Sequence record: SRR20825006_182 | DNA: 36,240 nucleotides | Direction: 5' to 3' (one strand) | Part shown: in pieces, positions 9,544 to 19,069 of the stretch | Position numbering within the stretch: position 1 is the stretch's first letter | How the letters are laid out: each line of letters opens with the position of its first letter | Made by a program: the position numbers and the translations under genes | The notes under the pieces: model-generated | What the model saw: the letters and a program-made list of their open reading frames with translations, nothing else | What the model was told of the DNA's origin: nothing | Database searches by the model: none

Positions 9544-10536
9544 TTAATCTCTCTGGAAATCTTTTAGAAGACGCGCAACGGCGGATGATACCGTCATTTC
9601 TCCTGCGCGAACGGCGTTGGTCAATCCGCTCAAACTCGTTTTTACCGCAGGGTTACTGTAGAAATCAGACAACAGTCTGTCCCTGATTTGAGCATCAAGC
9701 CACGTAAGGCGTTGCTCACGCCGCCGCGCTTCACGTTCCCCGCTCTCGCTCATGATGCGCCTGTGCTTCTCAATGCGCCCCCAAAGCTCCGGCACGCCCT
9801 CGCCCTTAAGGCCCGAACATGTAACAACAGGCGGATGCCAGCTAGGGCTCGCGTCAGTCAAGATGTGAAGCGCTGACTTATATTCGCGCACAGCCTGCTT
9901 GAGTTTTTCTGCGAAGATATCAGCTTTGTTGATCGCCACCATGTCGGCAAGCTCAAGGATACCCTTCTTGATGCCTTGAAGCTCGTCCCCAGCGCCCGGG
10001 AGCATCAGAACCAGGAAGAAATCAACCATATCGGCCACCATGGTCTCAGACTGGCCCGTGCCCACAGTCTCCACGAGCACAGTGTCAAAACCCGCGGCCT
10101 CAAGCACGACTATCGTTTCCCTTGTGGCCCTCGCCACACCACCAAGAACACCTGAGCTTGGGCTTGGCCGAATAAACGCTTTCTCAGAGGCTGAAAGCTG
10201 CTCCATCCGGGTTTTATCACCCAGAATAGACCCGCCCGTGCGGCCGCTTGATGGATCGACAGCCAGAACGGCAACTTGGTGGCCCTCTGCAACCAACCAC
10301 ATACCAAGATTTTCAATGAATGTGGATTTGCCCACGCCCGGCACACCGGAAATACCGACACGCTGAGCTTCGCCCGAATAAGGCAGCAGCTTGTGCAGCA
10401 GCGACTGTGCTTTTTCCTGATGCGCAGGGTTACGGCTTTCGATCAAGGTGATCGCACGGCCAATAAACGCGCGATCACAAATGCGCACGCCCTCAAATAA
10501 CTCATCTACAGTTGGCTGCCTGACCGTCCCTGACAC
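9544..10536 (-). CDS. meaB: Methylmalonyl-CoA mutase-associated GTPase MeaB/ArgK
   Basis: GVPGVGKST, VDPSS, GDKTRM, ETVG, GDELQGIKKG and NKAD. Lies directly after the mutase genes. Confidence 0.95.
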   Translation of the reverse strand: MSGTVRQPTVDELFEGVRICDRAFIGRAITLIESRNPAHQEKAQSLLHKLLPYSGEAQRVGISGVPGVGKSTFIENLGMWLVAEGHQVAVLAVDPSSGRTGGSILGDKTRMEQLSASEKAFIRPSPSSGVLGGVARATRETIVVLEAAGFDTVLVETVGTGQSETMVADMVDFFLVLMLPGAGDELQGIKKGILELADMVAINKADIFAEKLKQAVREYKSALHILTDASPSWHPPVVTCSGLKGEGVPELWGRIEKHRRIMSESGEREARRREQRLTWLDAQIRDRLLSDFYSNPAVKTSLSGLTNAVRAGEMTVSSAVARLLKDFQRD

Positions 10537-10544
10537 AAAGCCTC

Positions 10545-12698
10545 CTAAGCCACAGCCTGCTCGTAACCGAGCCGCTTGTTGAGTTTCTCAATCAACTCAC
10601 CAGCCGCGTCGGCAATCACGGTCCCGGGCGGGAAGATAGCCTCCGCCCCCGCTTTATAAAGCGCGTCATAATCCTGTGGCGGGATAACACCACCTGCAAC
10701 AATCATGATGTCTTCACGGCCAAGCGCCTTCAGCTCCGCCTTAAGGGCTGGTACAAGCGTCAGATGCCCCGCCGCCAGTGAGGAGGCGCCGATGATATGC
10801 ACATCGTTCTCTACGGCCTGCCTAGCGGCTTCTGCGGGGGTTTGAAACAGCGGGCCGATGTCCACATCGAAGCCGAGGTCTGCAAAAGCAGAAGCAATGA
10901 CTTTCTGGCCGCGGTCATGGCCATCCTGCCCCATTTTTGCGACAAGGATGCGGGGCCGGCGTCCATCTGCAGCTTCGAACTCATCGACAAGCGCATGAAC
11001 GCGTTTCACCGCCGGGTTGTTCTTGCCAACTTCTGCCTTATAAACGCCTGTCACAGCCCTGATCTCCGCCTTGTGGCGTCCATAAATTTTCTCAAGCGCG
11101 TCGGTAATCTCACCAACAGTGGCTTTAGCTCGTGCCGCATCAATCGCAAGCGCAAGCAGGTTACCCTCGCCTCTTTCCGCTGCATTCGTCAAGGCATCAA
11201 GGGTCCGCGCCACGTCATCGCTATCTCGCTCGGCTTTCAGGCGCCTCAGCTTATCAAGCTGCGCAGCCCTTACCGCGCTGTTATCCACCTTCAGGACATC
11301 AATGTCCTCAACCTCATCGAGCTGGTACTTATTGACGCCCACAACCGTCTGGCGTCCACTATCGATCCGCGCCTGCGTACGGGCCGCAGCATCCTCGATG
11401 CGGAGCTTGGGAATACCGGCCTCAATGGCCTTCGCCATGCCGCCCTGGGCTTCAACTTCCTGAATATGCGCCCATGCTTTAGCAGCGAGCTCCGCTGTCA
11501 GTTTTTCTACATAGTAGCTGCCGCCCCAAGGATCGATCACCCGGTTCGAACCGGTTTCCTGCTGAATGAAAAGCTGGGTATTCCGGGCAATGCGGGCTGA
11601 GAAATCAGTCGGCAACGCAAGCGCTTCGTCCAATGCGTTCGTGTGCAAGCTTTGCGTGTGCCCGTGCGCAGCTGCAAAAGCCTCAATGCACGTACGGCTG
11701 ATGTTATTGTATACATCTTGAGCAGTCAGTGACCAGCCTGAGGTCTGGCAATGGGTACGTAAGGAGAGTGATTTGGGATTCTTCGGCTCAAACTGCTTCA
11801 CGAGCTTGGCCCACAGCATGCGCGCAGCACGCATTTTGGCCACTTCCATGAAATAATTCATGCCAATTGCCCAAAAGAAGCTGAGACGCGGAGCAAAAGC
11901 ATCCACGTCCATGCCAGCTTCAATGCCAGCCCGGATATATTCCACACCATCAGCTAGCGTATATGCCAGCTCAAGATCAGCCGTCGCACCCGCTTCCTGC
12001 ATGTGATAGCCGGAGATGGAGATCGAGTTGAACTTAGGCATATTCTCTGACGTATAGGAGAAGATGTCGGAAATGATCCGCATGGAAGGCGTGGGCGGGA
12101 ATATATAGGTGTTCCGCACCATAAATTCTTTGAGAATGTCGTTCTGGATTGTGCCCGCAAGCTTGTCTGGGCTCACACCCTGCTCCTCAGCTGCAACAAC
12201 ATAGAGCGCAAGAATGGGCAAAACAGCGCCATTCATGGTCATTGAAACAGACATCTGATCAAGCGGGATACCGCTAAAAAGCGTGCGCATGTCATAAATG
12301 CTGTCAATCGCCACCCCTGCCATGCCCACATCGCCGACCACGCGCGGATGGTCACTGTCATAACCCCGGTGCGTAGCAAGATCGAATGCTACCGAAAGGC
12401 CCTTCTGGCCAGCAGCCAGATTGCGGCGGTAAAAGGCGTTGCTGTCTTCCGCCGTTGAAAAACCTGCATATTGCCGGATCGTCCAGGGCCTTTGCACATA
12501 CATCGTCGGGTAAGGCCCCCTCAGGAAAGGCGCGATACCCGGCCGGGTATCAAGGAAATCGAGGTCTTTGACATCGTCTGCGTCGTAGCTTGGCTTCAGG
12601 CTTATGCCTTCGGGCGTTAGCCAATCGCTGTCCGAACGGGCGGCCTCATTCGCAACAGCCTTAAAGGGAACTTGGGTAAAGTCAGGGATGCGGCTCAT
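10545..12698 (-). CDS. scpA: Methylmalonyl-CoA mutase, catalytic B12-binding subunit (MutB/ScpA)
   Basis: [22 protein letters not shown] and the cobalamin-binding motif GQDGHDRG. Confidence 0.96.
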   Translation of the reverse strand: MSRIPDFTQVPFKAVANEAARSDSDWLTPEGISLKPSYDADDVKDLDFLDTRPGIAPFLRGPYPTMYVQRPWTIRQYAGFSTAEDSNAFYRRNLAAGQKGLSVAFDLATHRGYDSDHPRVVGDVGMAGVAIDSIYDMRTLFSGIPLDQMSVSMTMNGAVLPILALYVVAAEEQGVSPDKLAGTIQNDILKEFMVRNTYIFPPTPSMRIISDIFSYTSENMPKFNSISISGYHMQEAGATADLELAYTLADGVEYIRAGIEAGMDVDAFAPRLSFFWAIGMNYFMEVAKMRAARMLWAKLVKQFEPKNPKSLSLRTHCQTSGWSLTAQDVYNNISRTCIEAFAAAHGHTQSLHTNALDEALALPTDFSARIARNTQLFIQQETGSNRVIDPWGGSYYVEKLTAELAAKAWAHIQEVEAQGGMAKAIEAGIPKLRIEDAAARTQARIDSGRQTVVGVNKYQLDEVEDIDVLKVDNSAVRAAQLDKLRRLKAERDSDDVARTLDALTNAAERGEGNLLALAIDAARAKATVGEITDALEKIYGRHKAEIRAVTGVYKAEVGKNNPAVKRVHALVDEFEAADGRRPRILVAKMGQDGHDRGQKVIASAFADLGFDVDIGPLFQTPAEAARQAVENDVHIIGASSLAAGHLTLVPALKAELKALGREDIMIVAGGVIPPQDYDALYKAGAEAIFPPGTVIADAAGELIEKLNKRLGYEQAVA

Positions 12699-14551
12699 GA
12701 CTTGCCTCCCAAAAGCTCATAGGCACGGGTAAGAGTGTCCAGCACGTCACAGCCCATATAGATCATTTCACCTACTCCTGCGGCCTCCAGTTTTGTTGGG
12801 TCGCTCGGCCGACCGGCCAGATATATACGGCTACAGCCAGCCTCAATCAGCGCCTCTGCAGCTTCCAGTCCCAAACTTTCATACTGAGCGTCAGAACCGC
12901 AGATCACCGCAAAAGGTGCCTCACTTGATGAATAGGCGGCCTTCAATGACGCCATGTCTTCAAATCCCTCACTCGGGATGGCTTCGATACCGCCTGCTTC
13001 AAAAAAGCTTCTGGCAAATGTGGCGCGAGCGGTAAAGTCGGCGGGGCTTCCCAAGCCCGCGATAAAGACGCGTGGGCGCATGCCGCCTTCTTCCAGCATG
13101 GCGTCACTCTTCAGGCGCAACACTTCAAACTCCTCTGCCAAACGATGAAACGGCAGTGGTGCGAGTGTTTCGCCTGCAGCCGGAATCTGAGAAGGAAGTG
13201 CGGGTTGTGGGCCGACATCCTTAAGGGGTTTTTCGTTAACATCAGGGAACTCAGATACCCCAGTGATAGCGTCCTTGCGCTTTGCGATATTCGAGCGACG
13301 CTCGCGCCATGACGCCTCAATATCTTTCACGAACGATCCTGATTTTAACACTGGCAATACGCCACCTTCAGATTCAATTTTCTGAAATAAACCCCATGCC
13401 TTATCGCATATCTCTGAAGTAAAAGATTCAATAGCGTAAGAGCCAGCCGCCGGGTCTGCCATGCGCGAGAGGCTGCTTTCATCCGATAAGATGATCTGGA
13501 TATTTCGGGCAATCCGGCGCGCTGACCGGCCACTCATACCCAGTAGCGTATCATGGGGCAGAACCGTGATCGCGTTTGCCCCGCCCACACCTGCAGCGAA
13601 ACACGCGGCTGTGCCGCGCAGAACATTCACCCACGGGTCCTTGATGGTCAGCATCCTCAGGCTGGTAACAGCATTGATGCGTATGCCCGTGCCACTATCA
13701 GCGCCACAGCTTTCAACCACACGGGCCCAAAGCCTGCGCGCGGCACGAAATTTCGCGATCCCGATAAAGATATCCGCGTCGGCAGCCAGGGTCATCTCAA
13801 CCGCAGCAGCGGCCGCCTGCACAGACATGCCTGCCGTCACCATTGCTCTCAAATACGAAACACCTGTCGCCAGCATCATCGCAAGTTCTTGCGCTTCTGT
13901 TGCACCGGCAATGTGATAAACACTCGCATCCACGTTAAAGGTTTTAATATCTTGGTAGGCGGTGTCAGATAGACGAGCCGCGATATTTGCAGCTTTCTCA
14001 AGCGCAATTTCAGCTTTGTCCTTCAGCCTGCCTGTTTGGGCAAGTGTCCCCAGCGGGTCCACGCCGAGAGTACCATTATATTCGGTGCCACCGTGCCCAT
14101 CTGACTTGATAAGGCCTAACATGGCTTCCGCCACCTCTTCGAACTCCTCGCCAGGCATCAACTGAAAACGAGCCATATTTAGGTAAACACCGCTCAGCGC
14201 AGCATCCAAATCGCCAACCGCAAGACCCGGGAATGCGCCTGCCTGCATGCGGACAGCGAATGCGCTCGCACCGCGCTCGAGGTCTTCGAGAATTTCAGCA
14301 TTCACCCGCGCAGGATCATCGCTCCAATGCGGTGCTGTAATAAGCCACTCGCCATTTCGGGACGCAGGATGCGCTTCAATACGTGCGTTATCGCGAGTAT
14401 ATAGTGCTTCAATCGCGATGCCGTCGTAGGTTTTGCTACGCATGACCTTGTCAAACGGCTTGCCAGCCAGCGCCTTCTCCACCAATGCCATCCATTGGGC
14501 GTCATCGGCGTGAGGGAAGTCTGCGGCAAGGTTCAGTTGTTTATCAGCCAT
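12695..14551 (-). CDS. mutA: Methylmalonyl-CoA mutase small (non-catalytic) subunit
   Basis: [26 protein letters not shown] and GVSEFP; no DxHxxG motif. ATGA overlap with the large subunit. ATG 14551 follows AAAGGGA. Confidence 0.9.
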   Translation of the reverse strand: MADKQLNLAADFPHADDAQWMALVEKALAGKPFDKVMRSKTYDGIAIEALYTRDNARIEAHPASRNGEWLITAPHWSDDPARVNAEILEDLERGASAFAVRMQAGAFPGLAVGDLDAALSGVYLNMARFQLMPGEEFEEVAEAMLGLIKSDGHGGTEYNGTLGVDPLGTLAQTGRLKDKAEIALEKAANIAARLSDTAYQDIKTFNVDASVYHIAGATEAQELAMMLATGVSYLRAMVTAGMSVQAAAAAVEMTLAADADIFIGIAKFRAARRLWARVVESCGADSGTGIRINAVTSLRMLTIKDPWVNVLRGTAACFAAGVGGANAITVLPHDTLLGMSGRSARRIARNIQIILSDESSLSRMADPAAGSYAIESFTSEICDKAWGLFQKIESEGGVLPVLKSGSFVKDIEASWRERRSNIAKRKDAITGVSEFPDVNEKPLKDVGPQPALPSQIPAAGETLAPLPFHRLAEEFEVLRLKSDAMLEEGGMRPRVFIAGLGSPADFTARATFARSFFEAGGIEAIPSEGFEDMASLKAAYSSSEAPFAVICGSDAQYESLGLEAAEALIEAGCSRIYLAGRPSDPTKLEAAGVGEMIYMGCDVLDTLTRAYELLGGKS

Positions 14552-14565
14552 CTTAATCCCTTTAC

Positions 14566-15372
14566 TCAAACAGCGGTGACGAGCCGCGCGGTCGCCAAAA
14601 CAAGAAATAACCCGAAAGCAATGCTCAAAAGACGCTTCGGCAAACGATGGGCCACTTTAGCACCAACTGGCGCCATAATCACGGCGGCAATGGCCACAAC
14701 CACAGCAGACGGCAGGTGGATGAAACCAGCAGAACCCGCAGGCATGCCCTCAACATTCCAGCCACCGAATAGGTACCCGAAACCGGCAGAAACACTGATC
14801 ACTAGCCCTGCCAGAGCCGCCGTACCAACGGCGCGATGAATGGGAACACCGTAAAGCGTCATGTAGGGGACAGAGAAACTGCCGCCACCAATACCCATCA
14901 CCGCTGAGAAAAAGCCGATAAGCCCCGGCCCAAAAAACCGCAAAATACCGTTTGGCAGTGTCTCGCCAATGCGCCACCGATCCAGCGGCAGTAACATCTT
15001 GGCGGCAAGGAAGGCCGCGAGCGTCGCAAAAAAATAAACCAGTTCCACGGTTTTCAGGGTTTTGGCAAAAAAGCTACCCAATATGGCGCCTATCGCAATG
15101 GCCCACCACCAGTCTCTAACAATCGCCCAATCCACCCCACCCTTGCGGTTATGCGCCCAAACGCTTGAAAGGTTGGTGGCAATAATGATGGTGAGAGACG
15201 TGGCAATCGCGACATGCATGCGCCATTCAAGTGGCACATCAATTTCTGCATAGACAAGAAAGAGCGCCGGGATCGTAACGATACCGCCACCAATACCCAA
15301 CAGGCCAGCCAGAAAGCCCGCAACAAGTCCCGCACCAATAAGCGGTAAGCTATGCAACAACACCTGTTCCAA
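14566..15372 (-). CDS. TSUP (TauE/SafE sulfite exporter) family transporter
   Basis: Twin motifs GLLGIGGG and GIGGG, A(I/V)(A/G)T(S/A); about 8 TM helices. TTG start at 15372 after GAGGGAAGG. Confidence 0.88.
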   Translation of the reverse strand: MEQVLLHSLPLIGAGLVAGFLAGLLGIGGGIVTIPALFLVYAEIDVPLEWRMHVAIATSLTIIIATNLSSVWAHNRKGGVDWAIVRDWWWAIAIGAILGSFFAKTLKTVELVYFFATLAAFLAAKMLLPLDRWRIGETLPNGILRFFGPGLIGFFSAVMGIGGGSFSVPYMTLYGVPIHRAVGTAALAGLVISVSAGFGYLFGGWNVEGMPAGSAGFIHLPSAVVVAIAAVIMAPVGAKVAHRLPKRLLSIAFGLFLVLATARLVTAV

Positions 15373-15557
15373 GTGGCCTTCCCTCCCTCTAACACAGATC
15401 ACACTTTTTGTGCAGCGCGATAACGTTTGCCGCACTTTAGTGCAGTGCAGCAAAATCGCAAGAGAGAAAGGTTATGCTGTTTCGGATGTAGAAATTCGCG
15501 AACGACTAACTATATTCCCCTGCAGGGGTTCATCAACAATAACTCTAACAAGGAACT

Positions 15558-15929
15558 ATGATGAACTACGATTACGACATCGTACGACAGCCCCTGCATC
15601 AAGGGCTGGACAAAATATCCATCGCCAGCGCCAAGAAACTCGGTGATCCTTCATATTTCAATCGCACACTGTGCTCCGTCAATGAAACTGCGGTACGCAT
15701 CAGCGTATTCCTGGGCGAATTTCACTGGCACGCCCATGAAAATGAAGACGAATTCTTCTTTGTGCTCGAAGGTGAACTCGAGCTAGAGATCGAAGGGCAA
15801 GATCCCATAATTCTAAAACCGCAAGAAGGGGTGGTCGTGCCGCGCGGTGTACGGCATTGCCCCAAAGCGCCAGGCGGTGTGGTTCTTCTGATGGTGGAAC
15901 CGACAGCAGTAGTGTCTACGGGCAACTAG
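15558..15929 (+). CDS. Cupin-domain protein
   Basis: GEFHWHAHENEDEFFFVLEG and VPRGVRHCP are cupin motifs 1 and 2 with H,H,E,H metal ligands. AAGGA RBS. Confidence 0.88.
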   Translation: MMNYDYDIVRQPLHQGLDKISIASAKKLGDPSYFNRTLCSVNETAVRISVFLGEFHWHAHENEDEFFFVLEGELELEIEGQDPIILKPQEGVVVPRGVRHCPKAPGGVVLLMVEPTAVVSTGN

Positions 15930-15934
15930 ATCGG

Positions 15935-15977
15935 AAAAGAAAAACCGCTGCATCCACATGGACGCAGCGGTCTCTTT
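15935..15977. terminator. Bidirectional intrinsic terminator between cupin and tRNA-Pro
   Basis: Stem ACCGCTGCATCCA / TGGACGCAGCGGT, flanked by an A-tract on the left and TCTCTTT on the right. Confidence 0.8.
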
Positions 15978-15978
15978 A

Positions 15979-16055
15979 TGGTCGGGAAGACAGGATTTGA
16001 ACCTGCGACCCCCACACCCCCAGTGTGATGCGCTACCAGGCTGCGCTACTTCCCG
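15979..16055 (-). tRNA. tRNA-Pro (GGG)
   Basis: Minus strand reads CGGGAAG TAGCGCAGCCTGGTAGCGCA TCACA CT GGG GG TGTGG GGGTC GCAGG TTCAAAT CCTGT CTTCCCG ACCA: a 77-nt cloverleaf with encoded CCA. Confidence 0.97.
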
Positions 16056-16095
16056 ATGATAAGATGGTGTTCCATCAGGGGTTTGGGTGGCGCGG

Positions 16096-16124
16096 ACTAT
16101 AGCCTTGGCATATCTGGCACGCAA
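16096..16124 (-). promoter_or_regulatory. Putative sigma70 promoter of tRNA-Pro
   Basis: TTGCGT-N17-TATAGT followed by a GC-rich discriminator CCGCGCC. Confidence 0.65.
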
Positions 16125-16143
16125 CCAGCTTTTTCCAAAAAAA

Positions 16144-17733
16144 TCACCCTTCCCGTTGCACGGTCTCATATGCCTGAAACGCGGTCCGGGCCGCATGCCG
16201 TTTTCGCAATGGGCTCGACAGATATCGGTTCAAGGCAGCAAGGACCAATTCACCCGTCTCTGCTTTCACGAGACCAACAAGCTTTTCGCACGCAAGGATC
16301 ATCTTCAACCTGTGTACCGCAAAAATATACTCCCCCTCATCCATGTCGAAGAGACGGGTTTTATGGGTCTGCAAGAATTTATCTGGATCATCAACTTTCC
16401 AGACTTTTATATCTTCTTCCCCGAGGAACGGTTTATTGCGCCCCACAAAACATGCGAGTTGCATCAAACCGGATTGCCATAGCGCCTCATCGCCTGATGC
16501 GTGGTGATGCACCGCTTCCGCGAAGGTCAGCGCATGGGTAAAATCAAGCCAGCCGATATTCTTTGCTATCGGTTGCTGCACGCCATTCTGCTTCTCGATG
16601 TCAAAATGCAGCATATTGAGGGCGCAAGCCGCCACAAGTGCGTCCCACGTATCCCGCTTGATCGCTGAGGAGGCCGCAGTGAGCGCCATGACATGCCGCA
16701 CACTCTGGCCTGACAAGTTTTCTGCGGCAGGAACAGGGGCCTGCCCTGGCTCCAGTTTGAGATAATCGGAAAAACCACGAAACTCAGGGATGAGGTCTTC
16801 CCTTGCGGCCAAACACAAGTAGCGTGCTATTTGCAACGAAAGCGTCTTGCTTACCTCCTCACCCAACCGGCCAATCAACTGCTCAGCCTTCATGATATAA
16901 ATGGCAGGATGCCCGAACCCGGCATAGTGGTTGAACACCACCTTGAGGAACAAGGGCTTAAGGTCATCAAAACCAAGCTCCGCACCATACGCCGCGCTTA
17001 CGAGCGCTAGGGCCAGAGGCTGGTCCATCGCCTCAATGGCAACAACAAGCTGGTCCGGGTTCCAGTTAACCTTGCCGCCTTCCGTCGCTGGCCTCGCACT
17101 ATACATACCGTCGTAGGAAAAATGGCCAAGCGCTTCGAGCAGGGCGACAGGCCGCTCCGCCGGATACTCATCAGTCATATCCAGCCAATCCACCAGGCCA
17201 GCATGAGCGTGCCCAATGCCGCGCTCGAACTTCGGCAGGCTCCAGTTGATGATAAAGCTTGCGAGCTCGTTCACCTCCACACCCGCCACGTCAAGCCGCG
17301 CTATTGAGCGGGCTATGCGGGAATAATCATGCTCCGCGACTGCTTCATCAAGTTCTAGGAACGCTTTTTGGCGGCGCGCCTCAATAGGCTCGGGTGTTAG
17401 GTCTACCCAGATATTCTCCCCGCGGCGCTCGATGGGGTAGGTTTTCACCGCATCCCTGCCCTGTATCGCCTTGCCCGACTTCAAATCAAACGTCCACCCG
17501 TGCCAGTTGCAGGCGAGTTGACAGTTTTTCTTCAGGCTACCCTCGACAAGAGGATAGCCCTCATGCGGACACCGGTTGTAGATAGCATAGAGGCCGGATT
17601 CCGTCTCAAAGAGCGCGATCTGCCGACCGTCATGCTTTATGACAGCGCGACCTTTCTCTTTAAGGTCCGGAAAGCGACCCAGATTGACAAAACCTTCATC
17701 GTCGGCAGTGATTTTTCCGTTTTGCGCACCCAT
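16144..17733 (-). CDS. Rieske [2Fe-2S] domain fused to a ~400-aa uncharacterised His-containing helical domain
   Basis: CPHEGYPL and CNWHGW are Rieske boxes in the first ~110 aa. GAGGAG RBS lies 7 nt before the ATG. Confidence 0.85.
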   Translation of the reverse strand: MGAQNGKITADDEGFVNLGRFPDLKEKGRAVIKHDGRQIALFETESGLYAIYNRCPHEGYPLVEGSLKKNCQLACNWHGWTFDLKSGKAIQGRDAVKTYPIERRGENIWVDLTPEPIEARRQKAFLELDEAVAEHDYSRIARSIARLDVAGVEVNELASFIINWSLPKFERGIGHAHAGLVDWLDMTDEYPAERPVALLEALGHFSYDGMYSARPATEGGKVNWNPDQLVVAIEAMDQPLALALVSAAYGAELGFDDLKPLFLKVVFNHYAGFGHPAIYIMKAEQLIGRLGEEVSKTLSLQIARYLCLAAREDLIPEFRGFSDYLKLEPGQAPVPAAENLSGQSVRHVMALTAASSAIKRDTWDALVAACALNMLHFDIEKQNGVQQPIAKNIGWLDFTHALTFAEAVHHHASGDEALWQSGLMQLACFVGRNKPFLGEEDIKVWKVDDPDKFLQTHKTRLFDMDEGEYIFAVHRLKMILACEKLVGLVKAETGELVLAALNRYLSSPLRKRHAARTAFQAYETVQREG

Positions 17734-17804
17734 TTATCTTCTCCTCGCTTGCGTAACTCGGCCCTGATTTCGCTGTATTCGATCCATGCGAGTTCACGAT
17801 TCAT
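17637..17804 (-). CDS. Candidate 55-aa upstream ORF overlapping the Rieske gene start out of frame
   Basis: GGAGG-5nt-ATG. Translation MNRELAWIEYSEIRAELRKRGEDKWVRKTEKSLPTMKVLSIWVAFRTLKRKVALS*. Below the ORF-track size cutoff. Confidence 0.35.
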   Translation of the reverse strand: MNRELAWIEYSEIRAELRKRGEDKWVRKTEKSLPTMKVLSIWVAFRTLKRKVALS

Positions 17805-17812
17805 CGTGGCCT

Positions 17813-17892
17813 CCTTTTTCTAAAGAAATTTATTTAATAAATGTCATATATGATGCAGCTTGATTTATGCAATATATTTCTTTAGAAAAAGG
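17813..17892. promoter_or_regulatory. 30-bp inverted repeat in the divergent promoter region; candidate twin operators
   Basis: 17813-17842 versus the reverse complement of 17863-17892 match at 27/30. The outer 22 bp match at 21/22 (CCTTTTTCTAAAGAAATwTATT). Confidence 0.75.
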
Positions 17893-17920
17893 CAATTGTA
17901 GTTTTAAAGTGAAAGCACCA

Positions 17921-18550
17921 ATGGGAACCACACGCGAAACCATCCTGACTGAATTGAAACGACGTGGGCATGCCCGTGCTGATGATCTGGCCAAAACGCT
18001 TGATCTGACAGCTATGGCGGTACGGCAACATTTGTATCAACTGCAGGACGAAGGTGCTGTTGTGTGTTGCACAAGCCCAAGCGGTCGTGGGCGCCCGGCA
18101 AAACATTGGGAATTAACGGAAAAGGCTGACGTCTATTTCCCGGATGCGCATCGCGAGCTCTCTCTCGACCTTATTGAAAGCATCCGCACACTTATGGGTA
18201 AAGAAGCGCTTGATAAGCTTGTCGCGCACCGGACAGAGAAACAAGGCGAACGCTATCGCGCTGCCATTGGTGACGGAACACCGCTCAAAGCGCAGCTGCA
18301 AGCAATCGCCAAGGAACGCAGCCGCGAAGGATACATGGCGGAGGTACGTGAGGCTGGAGACGGAGACTTCCTGTTACTGGAGAATCACTGCCCGGTGTGC
18401 GAAGCAGCAAAAGCCTGTAGCGGCCTGTGCCACAAGGAACTGAGCCTTTTTCAAGACCTGATGAAAGACAAAGCAACGGTCGAACGAGAAGAACATATCC
18501 TCTCCGGCGCCCGGCGCTGTGCGTATCGTATACATCCAAATTCAGATTAA
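17921..18550 (+). CDS. SufR-like winged-helix regulator with C-terminal Cys cluster
   Basis: N-terminal HTH (AVRQHLYQL, GRGRP) and C-terminal NHCPVCEAAKACSGLCHKE...SGARRCAYRI. Start at ATG 17921 preferred. Confidence 0.82.
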   Translation: MGTTRETILTELKRRGHARADDLAKTLDLTAMAVRQHLYQLQDEGAVVCCTSPSGRGRPAKHWELTEKADVYFPDAHRELSLDLIESIRTLMGKEALDKLVAHRTEKQGERYRAAIGDGTPLKAQLQAIAKERSREGYMAEVREAGDGDFLLLENHCPVCEAAKACSGLCHKELSLFQDLMKDKATVEREEHILSGARRCAYRIHPNSD

Positions 18551-18564
18551 TCGATAATTAGCTT

Positions 18565-19050
18565 CTAGCTCAAACGGGCCCGGATAGCTTTCAGCTCTGA
18601 AAGCAGTTCCTTGAGCACCTCTTGCTCTGCACCAATATCACAGGCTGGCTCTGTGTTATCGCTGTCGTCCGCGCTTTTTTGCTCAGGTACTGGCTCAGTG
18701 CTGGTTGTGGTCGCGGAAGTCGCACCAATGTCATCCTCAAGGCCTAATGCTTGTGCGACGGTTGAACGTAGCCCCTGCGCCTTGAAAAGCTTCTGCACAC
18801 CTTTGATCGTATAACCATCCGAATGCAGTAGAGCCTTGATCGCCCGCAACAGCACAACATCGTCCGGCCGATAATATCGGCGGTTGCCACCACGCTTCAA
18901 CGGCTTGATTTGTGAAAACTTGCTTTCCCAAAAGCGCAGAACGTGCTGCGGCAGATCAAGCTCGTCCGCAACTTCAGAAATTGTCCGAAACGCCTCGCGA
19001 CCCTTCTCGCCGCGCGGTCTATCCTGACCGTCGTCTGCTGGCATACTCAC
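18565..19050 (-). CDS. MerR-family transcriptional regulator (ihfA-linked type)
   Basis: [24 protein letters not shown] and GYTIKGV motifs. Confidence 0.92.
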   Translation of the reverse strand: MSMPADDGQDRPRGEKGREAFRTISEVADELDLPQHVLRFWESKFSQIKPLKRGGNRRYYRPDDVVLLRAIKALLHSDGYTIKGVQKLFKAQGLRSTVAQALGLEDDIGATSATTTSTEPVPEQKSADDSDNTEPACDIGAEQEVLKELLSELKAIRARLS

Positions 19051-19069
19051 GCCCTACCCCTCCTGCACA

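Noticed and set aside
10797-11600. 267-aa antisense ORF in the mutase gene, and similar shadow ORFs in purF, hppA, ribD and glyA
   Set aside because: All are fully nested in well-supported genes and have no protein-like motifs.
15373-15557. Cobalamin riboswitch for the B12-dependent mutase operon
   Set aside because: No B12-box or GGGAA...GCCACTG core is visible on either strand.
15558-18550. tRNA-Pro as the integration site of a genomic island or prophage
   Set aside because: No integrase and no duplicated tRNA 3' end. The Rieske/regulator pair lies on the 5' side of the tRNA.
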